This document shows, in pieces, positions 1 through 8,989 of a DNA stretch of 64,000 nucleotides (position 1 is the first letter of the stretch; every line of letters begins with the position of its first letter). The notes under the pieces were generated by a model. It was not told the origin of the DNA, made no database searches, and saw only the letters and a program-made list of their open reading frames with translations. The stretch lies in contig DASYBK010000080.1 of the NCBI GenBank assembly GCA_036500805.1, forward strand, positions 1,719 to 65,718. Direction: 5' to 3'. This DNA is from Acidobacteriaceae bacterium. GTDB taxonomy: Bacteria; Acidobacteriota; Terriglobia; Terriglobales; Acidobacteriaceae. Made by a program: the position numbers and the translations under genes.

Positions 1-517
1 AGAGGTGGCGCAGGTCGCGCGCGATCAGCGCCGACTTGGTAACAACGCCGATGTGCAGGCCGCGCTGTTCGGCGAAGACGGCGAGCAGGCTCTGGGTGAT
101 GCGCAGGCGGCGCTCGATGGGCTGATAAGGGTCGGTTGCTGTGCCGATGGCGATCTCCTCGCCCGGGCGCACCTGGCGCAGCTCCTGGCGGAGGAGCCAG
201 GCGGCATTGTCCTTGACAAAGATTTTGCGCTCGAAGTCTGCCGGGTTGCGCAGCTCCATGAACTCGTGGGTGTAGCGGGCGTAGCAGTAGCGGCAGGCGA
301 ACTCGCAACCGCGGTAGGGATTAATAGCCCAGGCGAAGCGCAGGCCGCGCCGGGAGACGACGCGATTGAGGATGGAGCGGACAGGGAGGGAGCGGAACTC
401 GACGAAGTGGCCGCGATCGACCTCGGCTGCGTCTGCGGCCATGCGGGCGATGCCGACGGCGGGGCTGGGCAAGAGTTCAGGGAAGAGCGGGAGCGAGCTG
501 GCCTGTAGCTTCGCCAT
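1..517 (-). CDS. Radical SAM protein, SplB/Rv2578c-like (DNA-repair associated); 3' end runs off the window
   Basis: Not in the ORF track. Manual translation from ATG at 517 gives MAKLQASSLPLFPE...INPYRGCEFACRYCYARYTHEF...IGTATDPYQPIE...TKS, with a CxxxCxxC radical SAM motif and the family TDPYQP motif. Confidence 0.9.
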   Translation of the reverse strand, partial: MAKLQASSLPLFPELLPSPAVGIARMAADAAEVDRGHFVEFRSLPVRSILNRVVSRRGLRFAWAINPYRGCEFACRYCYARYTHEFMELRNPADFERKIFVKDNAAWLLRQELRQVRPGEEIAIGTATDPYQPIERRLRITQSLLAVFAEQRGLHIGVVTKSALIARDLRHL

Positions 518-523
518 TTGTTC
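509..523. promoter_or_regulatory. Putative LexA box (CTTC-N7-GTTC) overlapping the radical SAM start codon
   Basis: CTTC GCCATTT GTTC is one mismatch from the GTTC-N7-GTTC direct-repeat box reported for Acidobacterium/Alphaproteobacteria LexA. It sits on a gene family commonly under SOS control. Confidence 0.55.
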
Positions 524-598
524 GCCTCTAGCACCAGAGTAGCCCGGCTGCACGATGCCGTCAAGGCGAGTGGAGGAGGCCTGATAGAGTGGGCTCCC

Positions 599-1711
599 AT
601 GCGATGGTCTGCTCTTTGTTTCTTGTGCTTTCTGCTCGCAACGCCCTCTCACGGCGGCAGTAAGGCCGCGACCTGGATGCTGGGCCCGTTTTCGCGGCCG
701 CAGGATGCGCAGCCGGTGATCACGGCGCGGCCGGCTTCGGTCTTTACCGATCCGATCCTCGGCAAGCCGGTGCACTGGGAGGCGCTTCATACCTTCAATC
801 CGGCGGCTGTGGTGCGTGAGGGGAAGATTTACGTGCTCTACCGCGCCGAGGACGACAGCGGCACGATGCAGATCGGAATGCATACCTCGCGGCTGGGGTT
901 GGCGGTCAGCGACGACGGCCTGCATTTCAGGCGCGAAGCGGCGCCGGTCTTCTATCCGGCGAAGGACAGCGAGGAGACGCGGGAGTGGCCGGGCGGCACG
1001 GAAGACCCGCGCATCGTCGAACGGCCGGATGGCGGCTACGTACTGACCTACACGCAATGGAATCGGAAGACCTATCGCGTAGGTATTGCGACGTCGCCCG
1101 ACCTGCACACCTGGATCAAGCATGGGCCGGCCTTCGGCATGGGCAAGTGGGGCGGGCTGAAGTACAAGTCGGCCGGAATAGTCACCGAGTGTGTGACGAA
1201 AAGGCGATGCATCGCGGCGAAAGTCGATGGTAGCTACTGGATGTATTGGGGTGAGGGCGAGATTCATCTGGCGACCTCGGACGACCTGGTGCACTGGGTA
1301 CCGGTCGCTGACGCGGATGGTCAGCCGAAGGTGCTGATGCGGGCGCGGCCGGGCAGATTTGACAGCGGATTGCCTGAGGTGGGGCCGCCGCCGGTGCTGA
1401 CGTCCAATGGAATTGTGCTGCTTTACAACGGCAAGAATTCCGCCCCCTCAGATCGCGATCCTGCGCTTGCTGCCGGGACATACTCGGTGGGGCAGGCGCT
1501 GTTTGCGGCGCGTGATCCGGCGAAGTTGTTGGCGCGGACCGACAAGCCGTTCTTCCAGCCGATGCTGCCCTGGGAGCAGAGTGGGCAGTATGCTGCGGGG
1601 ACTACGTTCGCTGAAGGCCTGGTGTGGTTTCACGATCAATGGCTGCTCTATTACGGCTGCGCGGATTCGCGCGTGGGTGTCGCGATGAGCGGCATCTCTT
1701 CGGATCGATAG
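599..1711 (+). CDS. Secreted glycoside hydrolase family 130 (beta-mannosidase/mannoside phosphorylase-like)
   Basis: Signal peptide MRWSALCFLCFLLATPSHG; motifs FNPAA, EDPRIV, GPPPV and TTFAEGLV typical of GH130 beta-propellers. Confidence 0.85.
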   Translation: MRWSALCFLCFLLATPSHGGSKAATWMLGPFSRPQDAQPVITARPASVFTDPILGKPVHWEALHTFNPAAVVREGKIYVLYRAEDDSGTMQIGMHTSRLGLAVSDDGLHFRREAAPVFYPAKDSEETREWPGGTEDPRIVERPDGGYVLTYTQWNRKTYRVGIATSPDLHTWIKHGPAFGMGKWGGLKYKSAGIVTECVTKRRCIAAKVDGSYWMYWGEGEIHLATSDDLVHWVPVADADGQPKVLMRARPGRFDSGLPEVGPPPVLTSNGIVLLYNGKNSAPSDRDPALAAGTYSVGQALFAARDPAKLLARTDKPFFQPMLPWEQSGQYAAGTTFAEGLVWFHDQWLLYYGCADSRVGVAMSGISSDR

Positions 1712-1721
1712 AATCGTCGTT

Positions 1722-2447
1722 ATGCAATTACTCAAAGGAAAAACTGCGCTGGTAACGGGCGCGGCGAAGCGGATTGGACGTCATCTGGCGCTGGCGCTGG
1801 CAGAAGGGGGCGCGGATGTGGCGATCACCTATCGCAGCTCGGAGGCGGAGGCGTTGGCAACCCTGGAGGCAATTCGCAGACATCATGTGCGGGCTGCCGC
1901 GGTGTACTGCGATCTGGGCGATCCGACGTGCGTGCCCGGTACTGTCGATGCGGTGATTCGGGAGCTGGGCAGGATCGATCTGCTGGTCAACAACGCGGGT
2001 ATCTTCGAGACGCTGCCGCTCGAGTCGATCACAGTCGAGCAGTGGGATGCGATGCTGAACACAAATACGCGCGGGCCGTTCCTGATGGCGCAGGCGGCGC
2101 ATGCGGAGCTAAAGCGGCGCGAGGGGCGGATCGTGAATATCGGCTCGCTCGGCGGGCTGAATCCATGGGCGACGCACGGACACTATTGTGTGTCGAAGGC
2201 GGCACTGCACATGCTCACGAAGACCATGGCCAAGGCGTGGGCACCGGAGATCAGCGTGAACTGCGTGGCGCCGGGGATGATCGTGAACGGCGAAGTCGAT
2301 CCAGGATATGAGCACTTCACGGAGAAGACGCCGATGGGGCGCAACGGCGCTCCCGAAGATGTAGCAGCGGCTGTGCTCTTTTTTGCCACCGGTCCGAGGT
2401 TTATCACAGGGCAGGTGCTGAGCGTGGATGGCGGGCTGGGATTGTGA
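1722..2447 (+). CDS. Short-chain dehydrogenase/reductase, pteridine reductase/FolM-like
   Basis: TGAAKRIG cofactor motif, NNAG, YCVSK (YxxxK), C-terminal ITGQVLSVDGG. Confidence 0.85.
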   Translation: MQLLKGKTALVTGAAKRIGRHLALALAEGGADVAITYRSSEAEALATLEAIRRHHVRAAAVYCDLGDPTCVPGTVDAVIRELGRIDLLVNNAGIFETLPLESITVEQWDAMLNTNTRGPFLMAQAAHAELKRREGRIVNIGSLGGLNPWATHGHYCVSKAALHMLTKTMAKAWAPEISVNCVAPGMIVNGEVDPGYEHFTEKTPMGRNGAPEDVAAAVLFFATGPRFITGQVLSVDGGLGL

Positions 2448-2453
2448 ATGGCG

Positions 2454-3743
2454 CTAGGGTAGGCGGGGCGCTGTCTCGGATGGAGCGGGCGCCTCGAGGT
2501 GCGGCTTCTGCTGGCGCCGCTTTCGCCAGTACCGCCTGGTCACCAGTTGGCGCCAGCCGGGACGCTGGCTGACATAGGCACGCACCAGTTCCGGCACATT
2601 CCAGGGCACATCGTGATAAGCATTCTGTATGAACTGGCTTGTTGGGTCGCGATCCCATTCCTGGGGAAAGAGGGCGATGATCTCCTCGGTGGTCTCTGTC
2701 GGGCGGGGTCGGACGGGAACGCCGCACATGGCGGAGAATGCCGCGGCGGGCAGGTCATGGCCAGCGCCGAGCGCAAGATGGACGATCTGAGTCGCGCGGC
2801 TGTTCATCTCGAGGAGCCAGGGGATGCCGGTCTGCTCATCGAGGATGAAATCCAGTCCAAAGAAGCCGGAGAGATTGAGCCGCGATGCAAGCACCTCCGC
2901 TGTGTGGTCCATTGCGGGGTTGTGGATACGGCGAAGAACCGTGGATGGCCCCATCTCATAATCTGTGACGACTACCTGCATCGTGATGCCGGCAAGCACC
3001 TGGCCCTGCCAGCAGAAGATCGCGCTGTTGGTGTCCACGCCGGGGACCGCCCGCTGCACGCTGATCAAGGGGTGCCGGCGGCGGAAGAGCGGTCCCAGCA
3101 GAGTCGGATCGTAGTCAAGGGCCATCCGCTTGAGCGCCCGTATCGTGCCGGGCGACGCATGCAGAGCGCGGAAGGCGGCTTCCGCCTCGTCATACGCATG
3201 AATCCGGCGCACGCCGACACCACCGAAGGTTCCATCAGACTTGAGATACGCGGGAAAGCCATTGAGACTCAGCCAGGCTCGCAGCTCCGCCGGGGTAGTG
3301 ATGGGGGTGTTGAGGGGCACGGCCGCGCCTGCCTCGGCCGCGACCTGCAATACATAGGCGCGCTCGGTGAGTCTCTTGATTCCTGCCACCGGGCCGAGGG
3401 AGCGTTCGATGACGCTGAGAAGATGATGCAGACGGGGCGTAGCCAGCGCTCGCTCGGTAACCTGTTGCAGGTTGATCGTGGCCGGCTCATCGCAGGGGAC
3501 GATCAACTGCGGATCGGCGGCAATGATGGCGGCTTCGAGCGAGTCTACCGTATCGAGAACGCTGTAGGGGTGATGCCGGTGAACGGCGTGCGTCAGCAGC
3601 AGCGGATGGCTGCGGGGGCACCAGATGCTCACACGGAAGCCTACGGCCCGCATCGCCAGCCCAAGCCGCACGCCGGCAGGCCAGCGCTGGGTTGCGAGCA
3701 GCAGGACGTGAGGCTGCACTCCAGATTCGAAGGATTCACACAT
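2454..3743 (-). CDS. ATP-grasp domain protein
   Basis: IVPCDE, YLKSDGTFGGVGV, GFFGLDFI and LLEMNSR (ExNxR) ATP-grasp motifs. Confidence 0.8.
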   Translation of the reverse strand: MCESFESGVQPHVLLLATQRWPAGVRLGLAMRAVGFRVSIWCPRSHPLLLTHAVHRHHPYSVLDTVDSLEAAIIAADPQLIVPCDEPATINLQQVTERALATPRLHHLLSVIERSLGPVAGIKRLTERAYVLQVAAEAGAAVPLNTPITTPAELRAWLSLNGFPAYLKSDGTFGGVGVRRIHAYDEAEAAFRALHASPGTIRALKRMALDYDPTLLGPLFRRRHPLISVQRAVPGVDTNSAIFCWQGQVLAGITMQVVVTDYEMGPSTVLRRIHNPAMDHTAEVLASRLNLSGFFGLDFILDEQTGIPWLLEMNSRATQIVHLALGAGHDLPAAAFSAMCGVPVRPRPTETTEEIIALFPQEWDRDPTSQFIQNAYHDVPWNVPELVRAYVSQRPGWRQLVTRRYWRKRRQQKPHLEAPAPSETAPRLP

Positions 3744-3994
3744 ACGATGTCCGAGGCCGGCAAAAAAACAATAATGGGACGATAGGAGAATTTAGCAGGA
3801 AAACTCGTGAAAGCAATATCGTCCTATCATGCGCCGGGGCTCGCGCTCAGCCAATAATGAATTAGATGGCTCTTTTGCCGGACGTAACCTGCTGAATAGA
3901 TACTCGGGTTACCAAGTCGCTCCCGCTTTTACGAGATATTTATGGCCGCCGCGGTCACACTTGGTCTAGGTGGGATCTGAGGACAGAACAAAAG

Positions 3995-5230
3995 ATGCAT
4001 CGTACGGAAATTGCCATTGTTGGCACGGGTCCCTATGGACTCTCGCTTGGCGCTCATTTGCACGCCGCCGGTCTGCCCTTTCGCATCATCGGGCGGGTGA
4101 TGGAGACTTGGCGGGAACAGATGCCGCAAGGCATGTTGTTGAAAAGCGACGGGTTTGCGAGCGATCTTTCCGATCCCCATGGCGTATTCAAGCTGCACCA
4201 CTATTGCGAGGAACAGCGGGTTCCGTACCACGCCACATGCATTCCGGTGAAGCTTTCCGCATTTGCCGGCTATGGGGTCGAGTTCCAGCGCCGCATGGTG
4301 CCGGAGGTCGAAGAAGCGAAGTTGGTGCGGTTAGAACAGGGCGATGGCGAGTTCCTCCTGACGCTGGACACTGGCGAGACCTTTGTGGCACGCAAGGTGG
4401 TGCTGGCGATCGGGATCTCGTATTACGCGCGTATCCCTCCTATTCTCAGCGGCTTGCCAGCGGAGGGGCTGTGCCATTCGTCGCAGGTACCTCAGCCAGC
4501 GGTCTTTGCCGGTAAACGCTTGGCAGTGGTGGGGAGCGGTGCTTCGGCGATCGACTTGTCCGCGCTTTTGCACGAGGCCGGGGCCCAGGTGACGATCGTC
4601 TCGCGCCGCAACGCGCTCAAATTTCACGACAAGCCCAAGCCTGGCGAGCGAAGCCTGTGGGAGAAGCTGCGACGGCCCGGCTCTGGACTGGGGCCGGGAT
4701 GGAAGGGACGGCTGCTGACGGAGTTCCCCCACTGGTACCGGCTGCTGCCGGCCAGTAAGCGGCTGGAGCTGCTGCGGCGGCTGCTGGGTCCGTCGGGCGG
4801 CTGGCCGATGCGCGAGCGCGTGGAGGGCAAGGTGAGGGTGCTCCCGGGCGTGACGCCGCGGGCGTCCGAGATGCGCGAAAACGGCGTGCTGCTGGCATTG
4901 GGACGGGAGAACGGAACCATCGAGCAGCTTGAGGTAGAGCACGTGATCGCCGCTACCGGCTACCAAGTCGATCTGCGGCGGCTGCCGTTTCTCGCTGAGG
5001 AGCTTCGGCAACAGATTCGCGTTGTGGAGCAGATGCCGGTGCTCTCCAGCCACTTTGAAAGCAGCGTGCCCGGACTGTACTTCGTGGGGATCTCGTCGGC
5101 GCTGACCTTCGGACCCATGATGCGGTTCGCGTATGGTGCGGCCTATACCGCGCAGCGGCTGAAGCAGCACCTGCAGAGACGCTCGCAACGGCGGACGGTC
5201 TACGACGAGCAGACCGCCGCGGTGGTCTGA
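3995..5230 (+). CDS. FAD/NAD(P)H-dependent oxidoreductase (flavin monooxygenase-like)
   Basis: Two Rossmann motifs (VGTGPYG, VGSGASA), ATGY, and C-terminal GLYFVG. Confidence 0.85.
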   Translation: MHRTEIAIVGTGPYGLSLGAHLHAAGLPFRIIGRVMETWREQMPQGMLLKSDGFASDLSDPHGVFKLHHYCEEQRVPYHATCIPVKLSAFAGYGVEFQRRMVPEVEEAKLVRLEQGDGEFLLTLDTGETFVARKVVLAIGISYYARIPPILSGLPAEGLCHSSQVPQPAVFAGKRLAVVGSGASAIDLSALLHEAGAQVTIVSRRNALKFHDKPKPGERSLWEKLRRPGSGLGPGWKGRLLTEFPHWYRLLPASKRLELLRRLLGPSGGWPMRERVEGKVRVLPGVTPRASEMRENGVLLALGRENGTIEQLEVEHVIAATGYQVDLRRLPFLAEELRQQIRVVEQMPVLSSHFESSVPGLYFVGISSALTFGPMMRFAYGAAYTAQRLKQHLQRRSQRRTVYDEQTAAVV

Positions 5231-5259
5231 AACGAATTCGAGAGTTGTGGAACGCGCAC

Positions 5260-5286
5260 GGGGAGCTTTCGGGCTCCCCTTCTTTT
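5260..5286 (+). terminator. Intrinsic terminator between convergent genes
   Basis: GGGGAGC-tttcgg-GCTCCCC hairpin followed by TTCTTTT. Confidence 0.7.
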
Positions 5287-5291
5287 CGGCG

Positions 5292-6212
5292 TTACTTTTT
5301 CGGCTTGATGAGCCGCTTGGTGCGCAGCACGGCTTCGATTACCACGCGCTTGGTGTAATCGAGCACCGCGGATTGTCCCGGCGGCGTGGGGTTCATCCCC
5401 ATCTTCCGCAAATAGTAGTTTGCCTGGTAGACATTCTTCCGCTTCCAGTCCTTGTACTGATAGCTGATGCTGAATGAGATCGAGACATTGTCGAGGTTCT
5501 GCAGCCAGTGCGGAAAGTTGACCGGGATGTGGACGCCGGTGCCTGGCCGCATGGTGGTGACGAAGGCGCGGTGCTGGAACTCGGGCTTGTAGAAGCCCGC
5601 GGTGTTGTCTTTCGACCAGAAGATTTCGAGCTCCTTATCGGTTACAACCTCTTTGTCGTTGCGGTCGAAGACATTGATGATCTTGTCGCCCTTGACCTGC
5701 ATGAGGAAGTTGCACTCACGGTCGATATGGTAGGGCGTCACACGATTGGGTGAGGTGACGAAGATCATGGCTTCGCGGCTCTTTGCGTCTTCATTGAGGT
5801 CCCGGCCGCTCAGCTTGCAGACCTCGGCGAGGCAGTCGTTCAGGATCGCTTTGTACTCCGGCACACGATCCACGTGACGAATGACGATCCAGCCGCTGGA
5901 GGTAGCAAGGTTGTCGAAGACCTCCTCGATGGGCGGCTTGCTCTGTTTCACGATCTCCGTCCAGCTCTGATCCACGCGGATGTTGCCGGCATCGTAGGCG
6001 ATGGTATCTTTCACCGCCGGCTCATCGAGCAGGCGGCGCATGGCCGGCAGCGTGAAGAGGGGATGGCTCTCGGTGAGGCCATGGTGAAACTCGAATGGCT
6101 TTTCATCGAAGCTGGCTTTGAACTGTTCGCTGGAGCCGGCGTTCGTGGGCTCGAAGATGGAACGAGGACTGGAAGGGGTATCGATCGTGCTCGCGAGGCT
6201 GGGGCTGGCCAT
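5292..6212 (-). CDS. JmjC/cupin-like Fe(II)/2-oxoglutarate oxygenase
   Basis: TPYHIDRE (HxD), NFLMQVKGDK and distal PHW complete the facial triad; start taken at ATG 6212. Confidence 0.8.
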   Translation of the reverse strand: MASPSLASTIDTPSSPRSIFEPTNAGSSEQFKASFDEKPFEFHHGLTESHPLFTLPAMRRLLDEPAVKDTIAYDAGNIRVDQSWTEIVKQSKPPIEEVFDNLATSSGWIVIRHVDRVPEYKAILNDCLAEVCKLSGRDLNEDAKSREAMIFVTSPNRVTPYHIDRECNFLMQVKGDKIINVFDRNDKEVVTDKELEIFWSKDNTAGFYKPEFQHRAFVTTMRPGTGVHIPVNFPHWLQNLDNVSISFSISYQYKDWKRKNVYQANYYLRKMGMNPTPPGQSAVLDYTKRVVIEAVLRTKRLIKPKK

Positions 6213-6316
6213 AAAGTAAAGACTCCTGCAACCTGGATGCACTCGAGCGCATCCCGGCAATGCCTATTCTAAGATGAGGAGCCTTCGGGGAAGAGATGCT
6301 AGGAGGTTTCCCGCGC

Positions 6317-7345
6317 TTACCAGGGCTGGGGCGGCGAGGTGCGGCCGCCGCGCGTCTCTTTCCATGCCTGCTCCATGAGCTCGGCCTGGGCGAGAAAGTA
6401 TTTGGCCTGGCTGCGGCGGTCCGGGTCGTGGCTGCGGCTGCGGCGCAGGGCACGGAAGCGGTTCCATGCCACCTCCAGAAAGCGGGCGCCCAGGCTGGAG
6501 AGCCCGTGATGCTTGCGGTAGTAGAGCAGGGAGCTGCGCATGCGCCAGAGCGTGAGCTGGGCGCCGGAGTGGGACATCTCGAGCGTCTTGAGCTGGCGCG
6601 ATGATTCTCCGCCAATGTGAATGACCGCGACATCGGGCCAGTACCAGACGGTATAGCCGGCGGCCTGGATGCGCCGGCAGAGATCGACTTCTTCGTAATA
6701 CAGGAAGAAGCGCGGATCGAAGGGCCCGGCGGCGGCGAGCGCTTCGGCACGGAGGATGGAGTAGGCGCCGGGCACCCAGTCCACTTGCGCTGCCTGCATC
6801 GGATCGGCCCAGGTGCGATTGTAACTGCCGAAGATACGTGAGCGCGCATAGCGGTCGGCGAGACCGCTGTAGACGAAGAGGTCGGTGATCAGGGTGGGAA
6901 AGCGGCGCGCCGAGGGCTGCCAGCTTCCATCGCGTCCCATGAGGCGGCCGCCGCCGAGTCCAACCCGGGGATTGGCCTCCATGTGTTCGAGCGATCGGCG
7001 GAGCGAGCCGGGCGTCAAGAAGGCATCGGAGTTCAGCAGCACGATGTAGCGGCCACGCGCTCGCTCGAAGGCCAGGTTGTTCGCGCGGCCAAAGCCCAGG
7101 TTCTCCGGACTGACGATGAGCTCGACCACGGGGAAATCGGCGCGGAGCATCTCGATCGAGCCGTCCTTCGATCCGTTGTCCACAACGATGGTCTGGACGC
7201 TAAGCCCGGCAGACTCGCGCGCGAGTGCTTCCAAGCATTCGCGCAGCACCTCACGGGTGTTGAAGGAGACGATGACAACGGAGAGGTCGTATGCGGCAGA
7301 TTGAGCGGAAGGCTGCGCCGGTTCGGTCATGATGCTTTCTGTCAT
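6317..7345 (-). CDS. Glycosyltransferase family 2 (WbbL/rhamnosyltransferase-like)
   Basis: VVIVSFN, VVDNGSKDGS, NLGFGRANN, LLNSD, FFLYYEEVDLC. Confidence 0.9.
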   Translation of the reverse strand: MTESIMTEPAQPSAQSAAYDLSVVIVSFNTREVLRECLEALARESAGLSVQTIVVDNGSKDGSIEMLRADFPVVELIVSPENLGFGRANNLAFERARGRYIVLLNSDAFLTPGSLRRSLEHMEANPRVGLGGGRLMGRDGSWQPSARRFPTLITDLFVYSGLADRYARSRIFGSYNRTWADPMQAAQVDWVPGAYSILRAEALAAAGPFDPRFFLYYEEVDLCRRIQAAGYTVWYWPDVAVIHIGGESSRQLKTLEMSHSGAQLTLWRMRSSLLYYRKHHGLSSLGARFLEVAWNRFRALRRSRSHDPDRRSQAKYFLAQAELMEQAWKETRGGRTSPPQPW

Positions 7346-8601
7346 TCTTGAATCGGGGCGAGACGGCGGTTGAGGGTGCCCGCCAGCAGCTTCAGGTTCT
7401 CCGCTAGATGGTACTCGCGGAGGACATGCGCGCTCGCAGCCTCGGCAAAGCGCTGGCGCAATCCGGCGTCGTGCGCGAGACGGAGGATGGCGCTGGTCAG
7501 CGCGTCGACCGAGCCGGCCGGCACCAGAATGCCGTCGCGATCGTGGTCGATCAGTTCGGGGATGCCGGCGATGTAGGTGCTGATGCAGGGAACGCCCAGT
7601 GCCATCGCCTCCATGAGCGCGACGGGAATGCCTTCGGCAAAGCTGGCGAGGACGAAGAGATCGGCTCGGGCGACACGCGCGAGCGTCTGATCGTGATTGA
7701 GCGCGCCGGTGAAGGTCACGATCTCCGCCAGGCGATACGTATGGACGAAGGCCTCCAGGTCGCCGCGCTCCGGTCCGTCGCCGACAAGAGTGAGCGTGAG
7801 AGCTACGCCCTGGCTGCGGATGCGCTCGACGGCCTGCAGCAGCAGCAGCGCACCCTTGGCAGGCACGAGACGTCCGACCATGATGAGCTGGAGCGGCGCG
7901 TCGGCATCGCGCGTGGCGCGCCGGGGTAATGCTTCAGGTCGAATGCCGAGGCGCACCACCTCAAATCGATCCCAGCGTGCGGGCGATGCGATGCGCATCA
8001 CCTGGCTGCGGCCGTAGTGGCTGATGGCGATGACGAAGGCAGCGCTCTCGAACTTCTGCCGCAGATGCGAGCCTACCTCGTCGAAGAATTCATCCGGACC
8101 GTGGATGGTGAGCGAGTAGGGAATGCGCTCGGCCGCCGCTGCGATGAGTCCCACGGTGGCGACGGCGCCACCGAAGTGCACGTGCAGATGGGTGATGCGG
8201 TGACGGCGCATCCAGCCGCAAAGCAGGAGCGCTTCCGCAACATAAAAGAGCGAGTAGAGCCGCCGCAGGAAGGACGAGGGGCGAAGCTGAAGCGCCGCGC
8301 GGAGAGCGCGGAAGGCGCACGCGGGCGAGGCAATCGCGATGCGCACGAGATCGAGCATCGCACGCATGCGCGGCATGGGTTTGACATAGAAGGTGGTCGA
8401 AGCTTCTTCGGCCTCGAGCGCGGTGAGCTGCCCGGGCGCGCGATCGGGCGCGTTGATAGACGCGGTCTCGATGCGGAAGCCGAGCTCGCGCAGGCCGCGG
8501 ACTTCCTGGAGAAAAAACGTGTGCGAGATACCAGGGTAGCGGCTGAGCAGATAACCAAGGCGGTGGCCGCGCTGCGTTGGTTCGCCTTGCGAAGAGTTCA
8601 C
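7342..8601 (-). CDS. Glycosyltransferase family 4 (WcaL-like)
   Basis: SRYPGISHTF, HLHVHF and EGIPVALMEAMA (E-x7-E); 4-bp overlap with the GT2 gene. Start chosen at GTG 8601; the ORF extends to 8703. Confidence 0.88.
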   Translation of the reverse strand: MNSSQGEPTQRGHRLGYLLSRYPGISHTFFLQEVRGLRELGFRIETASINAPDRAPGQLTALEAEEASTTFYVKPMPRMRAMLDLVRIAIASPACAFRALRAALQLRPSSFLRRLYSLFYVAEALLLCGWMRRHRITHLHVHFGGAVATVGLIAAAAERIPYSLTIHGPDEFFDEVGSHLRQKFESAAFVIAISHYGRSQVMRIASPARWDRFEVVRLGIRPEALPRRATRDADAPLQLIMVGRLVPAKGALLLLQAVERIRSQGVALTLTLVGDGPERGDLEAFVHTYRLAEIVTFTGALNHDQTLARVARADLFVLASFAEGIPVALMEAMALGVPCISTYIAGIPELIDHDRDGILVPAGSVDALTSAILRLAHDAGLRQRFAEAASAHVLREYHLAENLKLLAGTLNRRLAPIQE

Positions 8602-8989
8602 GTGCTGTTCAACCTTTTCGGTGAGCTTTGACAAGCTTATGTGTTTTGCAAGCGCAATGCATGAAATCTGTCTCTCCCACCTTTGGGGAATGAGATGCCC
8701 CATTAGTGAGAGTGCGGTTGTTACTTAAATTCTCTAATGTCTCACTAGCAATCCGGAGAGGTTGCCTGTAGGCTAGCGTTCAATTCACCTAGTTAGACTT
8801 CAGTATTTGGCGCTGCGGCAGTTATGCGTGCAGTGTGTAAAGAGTGCAGTTTCTTTGCGCACGCTTGGGAAGTATTTCCCGTTCTTCTGTTAAGTGATGT
8901 TCGTTGTGTGAGTCGGATCTCTGCGGGCCCCGCGCTGCAGTGTTTGTCTCACTTTTACGAAATTTTTAACAGAAATCCGGGAGTTATCA

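Noticed and set aside
5-600. ORF-track calls 5..508 (+) and 25..600 (-)
   Set aside because: The real gene is a different minus-strand frame encoding a radical SAM protein that runs off the window edge.
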